From Dictyostelium discoideum (taxonomy: Eukaryota), in NCBI GenBank assembly GCA_000004695.1, contig CM000153.2:4736001-4800000 (forward strand): a stretch of DNA of 64,000 nucleotides, in the 5' to 3' direction. The translations under genes were made by a program, and so were the position numbers. The notes beneath the pieces are model-generated. The model worked only from the letters and a program-made list of their open reading frames with translations. It did not search any database and had not been told where the DNA came from. Positions 41,521-55,230 of this stretch are shown in pieces; within the stretch, counting starts at the first letter, position 1, and every line of letters begins with the position of its first letter.

Positions 41521-42121
41521 AATATTTAATATTTTTTTTCTTTTTTCTTTTTTTTTTTTTCTTTTAGTTTAGTTTATGTGATTATTTCTGCAAAGTTACC
41601 AACCATTTTTAACACTTTTTTGTAAAATTTTGTAATTTTTTTTTTCAAATAAGTTTTTTTTTTTTTTTTTGTCATTTTATTTTCTTTTAAACTATTTTTT
41701 TTTTTTTATATTTTATAATAATAATTATTCTAAATATATAAAAATAAAATATTTTTATATATACAATAATTTTTTTTTTTATTTTAAAATATATATAAAT
41801 AGTTTAATAATTGTAAAATTATATTCACCAATTTTTTTTTTTAAAACATATATATAAATTTGGTTATAATTTTACATATTTTTTATTTTGGAGATTTTTT
41901 TAGATTTTTATTTTTCCACTGTATTATTATAAAACTTGACACTTTTTTCACAAATTTTTTTTTTTCACTGCGCAATCACACCATCCAAAAAAAATATCTT
42001 TTTCTTTTTTTTTCCAAAAATCACCCCATAATCATTTATTTATAAAAAAAAAAAAAATAGAAAACAAAAATAAAAAATAAAAAATATAAAAATAAAAAAT
42101 AAAAATATAAAAAATAAAAAC

Positions 42122-42153
<32 letters not shown>

Positions 42154-42202
42154 AAATAAATAAATAAATAAAATTCTTTATTTTTTTTTTTTTTTTTAAA
42201 AA

Positions 42203-43350
42203 ATGATAAAATTAATTTTATCATTAATATTTTTAATAATATGTTGTAATATAAATCCAAGTGAAAGTTTTAAATTAATCACATTAACAACTGGACCAAC
42301 AAGTGATTTAGGTTTTAATAATATGGTTAATCAAGGTAGAATAGGTGTTTCAAAAGCAATGAATATCGAAGATTCAAGAATATTTATTGTATCAGGTAGA
42401 AATGAAACTTATGCTTTGCTTTTACCATTGATTCAAAATGATGATATTGATTTAGTAATTTGTTCAAGTCAAGATCATGGCGATGCATGTAAAGAGATTG
42501 CAGCAATGTATATTGATAGTCCAACCATTAAAACCCAATTCTTAGTAAGAGGTAGTGGTGCAGCTACAAAGAATTTAATTCAAATCACTTACAACTATGC
42601 CTCAGTCAATTATATTAGTGGTATGTTTGCAGGTTTACAAACTGTAAAGAATAAGATTGGGTTCCTTTCACCTGGTTCCGCAGCCAACAATAATGACTCA
42701 TTTGTTTATGCATTTTGGATCGGTGCTAAGCAAGTGAATCCAGATGTTAAATTTTATTATTACAATATTGGTAGCTACCTCGACCAAGATAAAACCATAG
42801 CAGCAACTCAAGATCTTATCAATATCTATGGTTGTGATGTTATAGCCGATACATTGGACGATTTCTCTGCTGGTAATGTCGCAATCCAAAATAACCAATA
42901 TGCAATGGGTACCAATGGGTTCCCACAAAGAGATGTGTATGGTGAGAATGTAATTTTCAGTTATGCCTACAATTGGACAAAATATTTCTTACCTATCGCA
43001 GGTTCCGTTGCCAATGGTACTGTTCCAGGTAAATGGTATGCTGATTTCAATAAAGAAGATAATTATAATTTCTATGATCTTAGCTTTGGTTTCAAAGTTT
43101 CACAAAATACCAAAGATCTTCTCATCCAAAAAAGTCGTGTACTTGCTACAACCCCAAGAGCCGGTCATCCATATTATTGTAATGAATATATAGAACAATA
43201 CACTAAAAAATATAATTTACCAACACAAGCAGCTAATTCAAGTTGTATAAGTACTGCTGGTTTCTTTTATATTAATCAACCAGTTGGTGATATGATTTAT
43301 TTAGGTAGTTATAATATTAGATTATCAAAAGTAAGTAAAAAATTAAATTG

Positions 43351-43386
<36 letters not shown>

Positions 43387-44576
43387 CAGTTTTTTCCAAA
43401 AAAAAAAAAAAAATAAAAATTCTAATACATATTTTTTTTTTTTTATAAAAAAAGATTGAATTTTCAAGTTCAGTTCAAAAAGGTTTTTCAATTGTTTCAG
43501 GTTGTTTAATTGCATTTGTAATATTAATGATGGTTGGTATTGTATATTATAAAGATACACCATCAATTCGTTCAGCAAGTCCAATTTTCTTAAACTTTAG
43601 TTTAATTGGTGGTATTATAATTTATATTGGTATTATTATTTGGGTTGGACCAATTAGTACACATCAATGTAATGCAAGATTTTGGTTAGTTACACTCGGT
43701 TTCTCAACATTGATTGGTAGTTTGGTAGTTAAAAACTTTAGAATTTGGTTGATTTTTGATAATCCAGAATTGAAAGCAATTAAAATTACAAATTATCAAT
43801 TGTTCCCATGGGTTGGTTTATGTTTGGTGATTAATATAGTTTTAATGGCAATTCTAACATCGGTTGGTGATTTGAAGGCTATTGAAGCTCAAGGAATTGA
43901 TTCGTTGGGTAAATATGAGTATATGACAGTATGTAAAATGAATAGTGCTGGTGCATCAACATTGTATTCGATTTTGGCATATTTTGCAGCACTTTTATTG
44001 GTTGGTGTTTTTGTGTCATGGAAAATCCGTATTGTAGATATCGAGGAGTTTAACGAATCAAAAGCAATTGCTAATACACTCTATGCCGTTAGTTTCTGTT
44101 TATTCGTTATTGTGCCATTGATGATTTCACCACAAGAGAAACAATCCGAGACTATTATCCTCTGCGTTGCTGGTCTTTTCATTACGACCGCTGCTCTATT
44201 AATTGTTTTCATTCCAAAATTCTGGAGAGTTTTCATTTATGGTAAAGAAGGTACAAATGAAATGTTTAAACAAAAGAAATCATCATCAGTTGCAACTGCT
44301 CGTGCTGAAAGTTTAAGTAAAAATAGTTCAAATGGTGGTGCTCATAGTGGTGGTGGTGCTGTTAAAACTAATCGTAGAGGTAATATTGTATCTGGTGATT
44401 TCACTGATGATTCAGAATCATCACTATCTGAACCAAATAAACCAACTAAAAATAATGATGGTAATGTAAATGTTACAGCTGGTGCTGTTTTAGCTGAATT
44501 CACTGATGATACAATCTCTGAATTTGATGAAAATGAAGTTAATGAAGAACCTGTAAAAACAGAATCTCAAGAATAA
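42203..44576 (+). CDS. Family-3 (metabotropic glutamate/GABA-B-like) G-protein-coupled receptor of the Dictyostelium Grl family, 2 exons: 42203..43330 and 43455..44576
   Basis: Signal peptide, then a BMP/periplasmic-binding-protein-like extracellular domain (…FLVRGSGAATKN…FWIGAKQVNPDVKFYYYNIGSYLDQDKT…). Exon 1 ends TCA AAA|GTAAGT. Acceptor aaaaaaag|ATT GAA TTT is in frame with ORF 43527. Exon 2 has a 7TM bundle (…NFSLIGGIIIYIGIIIW…FWLVTLGFSTLIGSLVVKNFRIW…PKFWRVFIYG…) and a Ser/Gly-rich cytoplasmic tail. Confidence 0.8.
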
Positions 44577-44613
44577 AAAAAAAAAATAATAATAAATTAA
44601 AATAATAAGTTAA

Positions 44614-44658
<45 letters not shown>

Positions 44659-44957
44659 GTATATAAATATCTCTCTAGTATATATAATTTAAAAAAAAAA
44701 AAAAAAAATTGTCCGAATATATAAATAAAAGCTTGTATTTTTAAAACATAATTATAAATTAATTTTTTTAGCTGTCTTCAAAAAAAAAAAATAAACAAAA
44801 AATAAAAAAGTTAATAACCATTGAAATTCGAAGAGAACTTGGTTTATTTTTTTATGTTTTTATTTTTTTATTTTTTTTTTGGGGTATTGTGCCCGCAAAC
44901 AATGAAACACACCATTTTAATTTAGTAAAACTTAAATAGATAATTAAACGATATATG

Positions 44958-45040
44958 AATTTTCAAATAATGAGATGATTTTAAAATTATTTTTTCTGTT
45001 ACATGTTTGGTAATTTTCAAATAATCAGATGATTTTAAAA
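44958..45040 (+). promoter_or_regulatory. Direct repeat 'aattttcaaataat[g/c]agatgattttaaaa' x2 (54-bp period), ~200-290 bp upstream of the cstf3 start codon
   Basis: Copies at 44958..44986 and 45012..45040 differ at one base. Confidence 0.3.
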
Positions 45041-45244
45041 AATACTTTTTTTTTTTAAAAATAAAAAATAAAAAATAAAAAAAAGTGAAAATTAAAAAAA
45101 CAATTGTTGTTCAAATTTAATTTCATAAAATTTTTTTTATTTTTTTATTTTTATTTTTTTATTTTTTATTTTTTATTTTTTATTATTTACGTTTTCACTT
45201 CAAACTCATAACACCACACTATATAGTGTGTTGTTATTATTAAT

Positions 45245-45279
45245 ATGGAAGATGAAAATAAAGAAGTTATGGATACTTC

Positions 45280-45366
<87 letters not shown>

Positions 45367-45958
45367 GCAACAACCATCACAAGATACTATAACTTCAACA
45401 ACAACAACAACTACAGATAATAGTGGACCAACAACAACAGTAGCAGTTTCACCTCCAACAACAACAGCAACAGCAGCAGTTTCACCAACACCAGAAAATC
45501 AAAATGTTACAACACCAACACCCATATCACCAAGTTTATCAAGTGTTAATGTTTCACCAACTACTGCAGTAACTATTACAGCTTCACCAACAACTTCAAC
45601 AACTACTACAGCTTCACCAACAACTGTAGCAGCACCAACAACAGTTGGTAGTACACCAACTACAACAACAGCATCACCATTAGGTAATATTTTATCATTA
45701 AATATGCCAGCAGTTGGTAAAAGATTAAATGTACAAATTGAAACATTAGAAAATAGAATAAATAATGATATGTATGATACTGAAGCATGGACACTTTTAT
45801 TAAATGAAGTTCAATCACAACCAATTTCAATTGCAAGAGATATTTATAAAAGATTCTTATCTGTATTTCCAACTGCGGTAAGTAAATTTAAAAAAAAAAT
45901 AAAAAAAAATAAAATAAAAAAAATAAATAAAAATAATAAATAATAATTATTAATACTT

Positions 45959-45994
<36 letters not shown>

Positions 45995-48575
45995 TTATTT
46001 ATTTATTTAGGGTAGATATTGGAAATTATATGTTGAAGAAGAAATGAAAGAAAAAAATTATGATATAGTTGAAAAAATATTTTTTGAAAATTTAAGAAGT
46101 GTAAAGAATGTTGAATTTTGGAAGAGTTATATAGCATATATTAAACAGATTAAAGGTGATAAAGTTGAGAATAGAGAAGAGATTATTAAAGCATTTGAAT
46201 TTGCATTGGAGAGTATTGGAATGGACATTTCATCCACATCGATTTGGACAGATTATATTCAATTTTTAAAGGATGAAAAGGCAAGTACACAATTTGAAGA
46301 GGGTCAAAAGATGACAGCAATTAGAAAACTATATCAACGTGCAATAGAGAATCCAATGCATGATTTGGATAACATTTATAAAGAGTATGAAGTTTATGAA
46401 AATTCAATCAATAAAACCTTGGCAAAGGCATTGTTATCCGATCATCAAGGCAAATATCAACATGCAAGAAACGTCTATAGGGATCGTAAGTCCCTATTGG
46501 AGGGTATTCTAAGGAACATGTTGGCAAAGCCACCTAGATCATCCGATAAGGAGGAACATCAAGTTAGACTATGGAGAAAGTTAATAACCTATGAACGATC
46601 AAATCCGCAGAAATTCGATGCTGTTACATTGAGAAATCGAGTAATTGCCACCTATAATCAATGTTTGCTTTGTCTTTATCATTATCCAGACATTTGGTAT
46701 GAGGCTGCCACTTATTTAGCCGATTGTGGTGATTCAAGTGGTTGCATTGCAATGTTTGATCGTTCGTTGATTGCCTTACCAAAGAATCTTTTCATACATT
46801 TTGCATATGCCGATTATTTAGAGTCACAAAAGAAACAACCTCAAGCTAAAGAAATCTATGAAAAGATATTACAAGCCAATCCAGAGCCATTGGTATGGAT
46901 ACAATATATGAAATTCTCAAGACGTACCGAAAGAATTGAAGGACCACGTAAAATATTTAAACGTGCTAAATCAACACCAGATTGCACCTATCATGTTTAC
47001 ATTGCATTGGGTTTAATCGAATATTACATCAATCAAGACACAAGAATGGCAAGGGATATCTTTGAAATTGGTTTAAAGAAATTCCCATCGGAAATTGCTT
47101 TTGTCAATTTCTACATTGAATTTCTAACCAATCTAAATGAAGAAAACAATACAAGAGTACTCTTTGAGAAGCTATTAACTTGGCCATCATTGGAGAAATC
47201 GGAATCAATTTGGAGAAAATTCTTAGATTTTGAATATCGTCAAAATCAAGATGTTTCATCAATTCTAAAGTTAGAGAAACGTTATCAAGTGACTGTAAAT
47301 TCAAATACCGATAAATCTGGTGTACTTCAAGCATTGAATAGATATAAATTTTTAAATCTTTGGAGTTGTCATCCAACTGAAATTGAAATCATTACAAAGA
47401 ATATCTTGGATGATCATTCAGATCAAAATAAAGATGATCATCATTCTCATTCTCATGCTCATCATCATCCCCCTCATTCACGTCATAATGCAAATAAAGA
47501 TTCAACTGAAAAAGACCAAGGAGCTATTGATGGTAAAGAAGGAGCAGTAGCTGCTAAACTTCATAAAAAAGGTAAAGGTAAAGAAATTAAACCAGTACCA
47601 CAAATTGAATCAAAACCAACTTTTTCAACAATTATACCTACTTCAAATTGGAAAGTAAAAAAACCAGATATAACTCAAATGGTACCTTTTCGTGGTGAAA
47701 TTGGTAAATTCACTCAATCAAGTGTAGTTTCAATACCGCAACAACAACAACAGCAACAGCAACCAACACCAATATCATCACAACCAATATCACAACAACA
47801 ACAACAACAACAACAGCAACCAACACCATTATCATCGCAACCAATATCATCACAACCATCATTACAAACTAATACTCAACAACAAGGTAATCAACCACCA
47901 AATAGAAGTGGTTTACCAGATTTTATATTTTATTTCCTTCAAAATTTACCTTCGAATCAATCATTTATGGGACCATATATAGATCCTGAACAATTGATTG
48001 GAATTATTAGAGATACTCCTTTACCAATACAATTTTTAAATCAACAACAATTACAATTACAGCAACAACAATTACAGCAACAACAATTACAATTACAACA
48101 ACAACAACAATTACAATTACAACAAATACAACAACATCAACAACAACAACAACAAGCAAATAGAACCTCACCCACTTTATCAAATGAAACTTTAATTATT
48201 CCTAATAAACCTCAACAACCTCAACAACCTCAACCTCAACAAACACAAACTCATAAAAGAAAACAACCAGATGATGAATCAAATAATGAACAACAACAAC
48301 AACCACCACCACAACAACCACCACAACAACAACAAGAACAACAACAGCAACCACCAACAACAACAACAGCAACAACGAGTGTAGTATCACCAATAACAAC
48401 ACTAAATTCAACGCCAATATCAGCTCCAACTACAGTATCTCCAATCACTACAACGACAATCCCATCAACAAGTTCACCAACTACAACATCAACAACTGTA
48501 ACTGCTAAATCACAACAATCAGCTTCTGATATATACAGAAAACGACAGGCAAATAAACTTTCTAAAAAGTCTTAA
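45245..48575 (+). CDS. cstf3: Cleavage stimulation factor 77 kDa subunit (CstF-77/CSTF3/Rna14/Su(f) homologue), 2 exons: 45245..45877 and 46011..48575
   Basis: Exon 1 is a poly-Gln and Thr/Pro-rich N-terminal extension, then 'DTEAWTLLLNEVQSQPISIARDIYKRFLSVFPTA|GTAAGT'. The intron contains (TTTA)n. Acceptor atttatttag|GGT AGA TAT TGG AAA gives 'GRYWKLYVEEEMKEKNYDIVEKIF…'. HAT repeats are co-linear with metazoan CstF-77 (…HYPDIWYEAATYLAD…FAYADYLESQKK…WIQYMKFSRRTEGI…NNTRVLFEKLLTW…). The C-terminus is Gln/Pro/Thr-rich. Confidence 0.85.
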
Positions 48576-48976
48576 CTTTTTTTTTTTTTTTCTCATTTAT
48601 CAAATATTTTATTAAACATATAAATTTTGGTTTATATTTTATTTTTTTATTAATTTTTATTTGGTTTGTTTTTTTTTTAGAAAAAAGATTCAGATAATTA
48701 TTCACTCTAAATAAATAAAATTTTTTTTTTTTTTTTTTTCATTTTTTTTATTTTTTTTTTTTTTTCATTTTTTTTTTTCGATTTAAAAAAAAATTTTGAC
48801 GGAAACGTTATCGATCACTTCGTTTATATATTTGCAAATTTTATTTTTCATTTTTTTTTTATTTTTTTTATTTTTTTACTTTTTTTACTTTTTTTTTTTT
48901 TTTATTTTTTTTTAATTTTTTTTTATTTTCATACATATTATTACAAACAAATAAACACTCACAATAAGAAAGAAGA

Positions 48977-51338
48977 ATGTTTTCTATTAATAACAGAAAT
49001 GAAGACAATGAAAATGAAGATATGGGTGAAAACATGTCAGATATAAAAGAAAAATGTGAAATTGTAGAACAAATAAACTTTGGAGATTATGGTAATGTTG
49101 AATCATTTAGAGTAATTTTCATACCAAGTAATCAAGATATTCAACCATATGAAGTATCTATTTCAACTAAAGAATCAATACAAACACAGTAAGTTTTTAA
49201 AACCTTTTATTATTTATTAAAACATTAATAATTATTATTAATTATTATTAAATAAAAATATAAACAAAAAAAAAAAAAAAATAAAAAAAAAAAAAAAAGA
49301 CTTGATAATATTATAAATACGAAAAATAGAGTTTCAGAGTATATTTCAAAAAAAGATACATCTCATATTATATTTCCATTAGTTGATATTGGAGCAAATG
49401 GTTTTCTAGCGAATCCAAGAGCATCAGATTTATTAAGAAGAAAGAAATCATTTTTAGGTGATGCATTATTTGTTAATTTTAAAAAAATATATAGAGATAT
49501 CTCTTTGGAAGAATTCTTGAAGATTGAAAAATTCATTTCAAAGAATATATACGTTCAAGACTTTGAAAATATTTGTAAAATTAATGACCATGATTTGGTT
49601 AGTTTAATTACCAAAAAATCAACATTTCAAGTTGATAAAGATGTAAGGGTTTTTTTTTTTATTTTTTTTTTTTTTTCAATTATTATTATAATATATTAAT
49701 TATTTATTTATTTATTTATTTATTTCATTTACTTTATTTATAAAGATATGGATTTATAAAAAAAAGTCATCACAAGCTTTATATGAAATTAATTTTAAAG
49801 TAAATGATATAGATTTTGAATATAAACCAATTGTTGAAAAGTTAAAACCAGCCGGTCCTTTCTATTCACATTTTACAATTGAAGGAATTTCATTCTTTTC
49901 TAAAATTTTACCTCAAAAAACTCTCTCCATCAATTCATTAAGTAATAGAGTATTAATGTATTTGATTTGGAGACAACAAAAACTATTGTTTGGTTGTGAT
50001 CAACAATACATTGATACTTCTGAACAAGAACATAGATTAGAACATGAACAATTTTTAAAGGATAATGTAAAAATACAAAAAGATAATGAACAAACATCAA
50101 TGGATATTACAACCTCAACTTCTACAACAACAACTGCAACTGCAACAACTACCACAACTGCAACAGATGTAGAATTTAAAGATGTTACAAAACCAAAACA
50201 AACAGATGTTAAATTTAAAGATATATCACCACCATCACCATCATCATCATCAACATCTACATCAACATCAACATCAACAATGATTAATAATGATAAAGAA
50301 GATGAAGAAATTATTGAATTATATGGTATAAAAATTAAAAAGAATCATAGTGTAATTAGTATTAAAGATAAAGAAATTTATAAACATGTTATTAAAGCTG
50401 GTAATGGTACAGTATTTCCAACAATTGGTAATTCTATTGTAATTAGTTTTAGTACTAGACTACCAAATGGTAAAATCATTCAAGAGAAACAAAAACAAAC
50501 AATCATTATTGGTGAAACCAATTGTATCATTGGTATACATTATGCATTAACATCGATGAGTCCTGGTGAACATTCAATAGTTGTATTGGATCCACAGTAT
50601 GCATATGGTGATTTAGGGTTACCTGGTTTAATCACTGCACATACCAGGTTAATTGTTTTAATTGAAGCTTCAAATCAATTCGATACAAGGGAGAAATCAA
50701 ATAATGCAACTATAATTAGAATGAGTACAACTGAGAAAATCAATGCAATTCGATCAGGTAGTGATCTAGCAAAGAATAATTTCAACTCTAATAGACTTGG
50801 TAGGTCATTGAGGGATTATAAATCTTTGGAAAACTATTATAATTTAGATTATCTATCAAAGGTTTCTCAAGAGGAATGGGACGATATTCAAAGTTTGGCA
50901 ACTTCAAATTCTATCAATATAGCCATAGTTTACTCAAAGCTAAATAGATGGGATCGTACATTTCATTATTTAAAACTTGCAATGGAATATGATGAAGACT
51001 CTCCAAAAATTCATTATTGGCTCTCCAAATGCTATAAAAATGGTCAAAACTATGAAGATGCTATCAAAGAAATTCAATTGGCTCAAAAAATTGACTCTGA
51101 ATCTCAAACTCCAAAAATGACAAATCTTCAATACAATAAGGAATTAGATCATTTGAATAAACTATTGGCAAATCAAGAATTGGAAGAACGTAAAATGTAT
51201 AAAAGAATATTTGATAATTTACATGAAGATGATGATAATCAAACTACTGAAATTAATAAAATGGAAGATGATTTATTATTTACTCAAGGTAATAGTGAAA
51301 ATAAAAATCTTGATATTATTGCCGATTCAAATAATTAG
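48977..51338 (+). CDS. FKBP-type peptidyl-prolyl isomerase domain plus TPR-repeat protein with extended N-terminal region, 3 exons: 48977..49188, 49300..49642, 49746..51338
   Basis: Exon 1 ends ACA CA|GTAAGT. Acceptor aaaaaaaag|A CTT GAT is phase-consistent. Exon 2 ends GAT AAA GAT|GTAAGG. Acceptor tttataaag|ATA TGG ATT is in frame with ORF 49956..51338. FKBP-like fold 'YGIKIKKNHSVISIKDKEIYKHVIKAGNGTVFPTIGNSIVISFSTRLPNGKII…IGIHYALTSMSPGEHSIVVLDPQYAYGDLGLPGLITAHTRLIVLIEA'. Downstream TPR-like helices (…IAIVYSKLNRWDRTFHYLKLAMEYDEDSPKIHYWLSKCYKNGQNYEDAIKEI…). Confidence 0.65.
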
Positions 51339-51403
51339 AGGAAAAAAAAAAAAAAAAAAATAAAATAAAATGTATATAGTGTAAAAAATAAAATAAAATT
51401 AGT

Positions 51404-51434
<31 letters not shown>

Positions 51435-51506
51435 ATAATAAATAAATAATAAATATAAATATAAAAATATATAAATATATTTTTTTTTTGTTTGGGTGTG
51501 TGTTTT

Positions 51507-52407
51507 TTAAACTCTTTCAAATGAAACTGTTGAGAAAGTTGGATTTACAACTGCTGAAACGAAACCAAATGAGAAAGAGTCACCAACTGGAAGAGTATTT
51601 ACAAATGATGGGAAACCTAAATTACCAGTTTGAGCATTTTTTTCAACATTCCAAAATTCAGTTGGATTCCAATTATCAGAGTGAATTTGAATTGATTTAA
51701 TTGCTGTGCTATCATTATTTGTTACTGTAACTCTATATTGATAATAGTGTACATTATTTGAATCCCATTGCCAATCAATATCTAATTTATAATTAAATTT
51801 TAATGGTCCAGTTGGTGGTTTGGTTGTTGGTGATGGTGTTGTTGTTGGTGTAACTGTTGGTGTATTACAAGGTTCACCATAGTAAAGTCTTGGACATGTG
51901 TCATATGATTTTAACTATAATCAAAAAATTAAAATTAATTTATAAGTACTATTTAAAATCAAAAAAAAGATTATCTATTTTGTTTATACTTACTGCCAAT
52001 GCATAATAAAAGTTATTTAAATTAAAGAAACCAACATTACCATTACAAGTAAGCTGAGTATTTATTTGTTTTAATCTAAGATTACCATCACTTAATCTAA
52101 TACTAAAATCTTCAACACGGAATTGATCATCAGCTGCAAATGGTTGAACTAATCCGCCACGACTACAAGTTGTTTCATAGGTTTGTAAATTGTATAATGA
52201 TTCCCTTAATACAAATTCACCAGATGCGAAAACAAGATTACCTTTATAACCTTCTTGAGCCAATGATTGAGAATGAACACCAGAGATTGAAACTTGAACA
52301 CATTTTGATGGATCAGCTAATGATGAAAGTAATTGATTACAACTATTATCACCAAATGCAACTGATGAAACACCTAATAATGCAACTAATGAATATAATA
52401 ATTTCAT
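51507..52407 (-). CDS. Secreted Cys-rich domain plus Dictyostelium-type cellulose-binding module (CBM49-like) protein, copy A, 2 exons: 52407..51994 and 51914..51507
   Basis: Signal peptide MKLLYSLVALLGVSSVAFG. ~115-aa Cys-containing domain ending TAT GCA TTG GCA|GTAAGTAT. Acceptor tgattatag|TTA AAA TCA TAT GAC gives 'LKSYDTCPRLYYGEPCNTPTVTPTTTPSPTTKPPTGPLKFNYKLDIDWQWDSNNVHYYQYRVTVTNNDSTAIKSIQIHSDNWNPTEFWNVEKNAQTGNLGFPSFVNTLPVGDSFSFGFVSAVVNPTFSTVSFERV*'. The Thr/Pro linker and W…W…F module resemble the cellulose-binding domains of Dictyostelium spore-coat/matrix proteins. Confidence 0.65.
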
Positions 52408-53670
52408 TTTTTTTAAATAGGAATATTTTAAAATAAATAGTATTAAAGAAAATTGAATATTTTATAAATTTAAATTTATAATTATTTAATTGATGATAAT
52501 TTAATGATTTATTAAAAAAAAAAAAAACCAATCTATTTATACGTTTTTTAAAAAAATAAAAATAATAATTATTAAAAATGAAAAAAAATATAAAAATAAA
52601 AATTCTGTATATTTGTGTATGTAACTGTGGTTATTTTTTTGTGTATGTAATAGTGATTGGAGTTTCAATATAAATATTTATGTGAAAATAGCACTATTGC
52701 TATTGGTCACTTTAGTACATCCATTTTCAGAATATAAAAAAAAAACCAATTTTCCAATCCATGAATCTGTGTTTTTCCACTTTTATCATTTTTACCTTTT
52801 TCAAAATACATCAATATATATATACACACAATGTGAGGGTTAAAAAAATTAACTGAGCACATAAAAAAATTTAACACAACCCCAAAGTATATTAACACAA
52901 CATAATAATTATTTATTTTAAAAAATTAAAAAAATGTATTGGGGGGGTGGGTAGGTAGGTGAAAGTTAATTAATTCTATATATAAAAAAAATTTGTAATA
53001 TTTTAATTCTTTTGATTTTATAAATTCTATGAATGTTTTATTATAAAAAATAAAAACAATTATAATTTTTTGAGAATAATGTAAATAACAACTTATCAAT
53101 AACTGAAAAAAAAAATTAATTATTTTAATTTCGTGTTAAATAAATAAAATGATTGTATATTTTTTTTATATTTTAAAAAAAATATAATGACATTACAAAT
53201 TAAAAAATTGATGAAGAACTTTGTAAAAAGGCAAAAAATAATGGTTTCTTTTTTTTTGATATTAATTTACCAAACTATAAAATGAATTGAAATTATTATT
53301 ATTATTGTATTTACTGTTATCTTTTGATTGTTATATTTGTGTTTTCTATCATAAAAATAGTAGCATTTAATTTTTGAATGCATCAGTTGGCATTTGCAAG
53401 TTCTCTTACTGGATTGAATAAATTAAATGCTAAATAAAAAAACTTAATATCCATTTTTTGGAATAACTAATTTAAAAAAATTATGAAGCAATTTAATATT
53501 GATGAAAAGAACAAAAAAAAGACTATGAAGCTCAAAAAATAATAACGGAAAATTGATTTTAAAGGTTTAGATATATATAAATAATAGAAATATTATTTTT
53601 TTTTTTTTTTTTTTATTATTATGAATATGTTAATAAATATTAAATAAAAAAATGATATTTTAAAAAGTTT

Positions 53671-54625
53671 TTAAGCCCTAACAATTTTAACAGTTGAAAA
53701 AGTTGGATTGGCAGTTGAAGAAACGAAACCAAATGAGAAGGATTCACCAACTTTGAGAGTTGATACGAAAGCTGGGAAACCTAAATTACCAGTTTGTACA
53801 TTTCTTTCAATATTCCAAAATTCAGTTGGATTCCAATTATCAGAATGAATTTCAATTGATTTAATTGCTGTGGCCTCATTATTTGTTAAGGTTAATTTAT
53901 ATTGATAATATGTTACACCACTGGTTATCCATTGATTGTCAATATTTAATTTATAACTAATTTTTGGTGTTCCACTTGGTGTAGTAGTTGGTGTAGTAGT
54001 TGGTGTAACTGTTGGGGTAACTGTTGGAGTAACAGTTGGAGTAACAGTTGCTGTTGGTGTAACTGTTGGTGTATTACAAGGTTCACCATAGTAAAGTCTT
54101 GGACATGTGTCATATGATTTTAACTAAAATTAAAAAAAAAAAAAAATATATATTAATATGAAAAATGATAATAATGATAATGAAAATAATAATAATTAAT
54201 TTTATACATACTGCAACTGTATAATAAAAGTTATTTAAATTGAAGAAACCAACATTACCATTACAAGTAAGTTGAGTATTAATTTGTTTTAATCTAAGAT
54301 TACCATCACTTAATCTAATACTAAAATCATCAACACGGAATTGATCATCTGCTGAAAATGGTTGAACTAATCCACCACGGCTACATGTTGTTTCATAGGT
54401 TTGTAAATTGTATAATGATTCCCTTAATACAAATTCACCATTGGAGAAAACAAGATTACCTTTATAACCTTCTTGAGCCAATGATTGATAATGAACACCA
54501 GAGATTGAAACTTGAACACATTTTGATGGATCAACTAATGATGAAAGTAATTGATTACAACTGGTATCACCAAATGCAACTGATGAAACACCTAATAATG
54601 CAACTAATGAATATAATAATTTCAT
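53671..54625 (-). CDS. Secreted Cys-rich domain plus cellulose-binding-module protein, copy B (tandem paralogue of 51507..52407), 2 exons: 54625..54202 and 54123..53671
   Basis: Exon 1 is ~90% identical to copy A (MKLLYSLVALLGVSSVAFGDTSCNQLLSSLVDPSKCVQVSISGVHYQSLAQEGYKGNLVF…). Donor GTT GCA|GTATGT. Acceptor aattttag|TTA AAA TCA. Exon 2 has a longer (TVTP)n linker and the same CBM (…IEIHSDNWNPTEFWNIERNVQTGNLGFPAFVSTLKVGESFSFGFVSSTANPTFSTVKIVRA*). Confidence 0.65.
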
Positions 54626-55193
54626 TTTTCTTTTTTTTTTTTAATAAATAAATATAAATTTTAGAATTTAAATATTTGAATAAATAATAATAGTTTGAAT
54701 TAATGATTATACTTTTAAAAAAAAATCTATTTATACTTTTTTTTTTTTTCATAACGAAAATAAAAAAAAAAAAAAAAAAATATAATTAAAAAAATAAAAT
54801 TATTAAATTGACGTCACTTAAAATAATTTTTTTAATTTTTTGTATGATTTAATATATTAAAATATTCTGGAAGTGTGGGTGAATATGTGTGTGTAAGTAG
54901 GGATTTTCCAATGTTTAAATTTTTTTTTTTTTTAAATTATTATAATTTTACCACGATACAGTGTGTTTAATATAAAATATAACGAGGTGGAAAAATTTTT
55001 AAAATTGTAATAAATATTAGATAAAAAGATTTATCTGTTTTGTCCAAAAGTAGGCTAGTGTTGAAAATATTGCAACATTATTAAATTGATGATATGATAT
55101 AGAATCAAAAAGATTTTTGAAAAAAAAAATAAAAAAATAAAAAAAAAATAAAAAAAATATAAAATAACTATAATATAAAATAAAAATGTTTAG

Positions 55194-55230
<37 letters not shown>

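Larger units (their letters stand above)
51500..54760. repeat. Tandem segmental duplication (~1.0-1.1 kb units separated by ~1.2 kb) carrying the two CBM-protein genes and their 5' flanks
   Basis: Coding exons are near-identical at the nucleotide level (e.g. 'ccttcttgagccaatgattg…gaacaccagagattgaaacttgaacacattttgatggatca' in both). The overlapping antisense ORFs 52140..52436 and 54358..54651 are also near-identical. The 5' flanks share '…ctatttatac…'. Confidence 0.85.
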
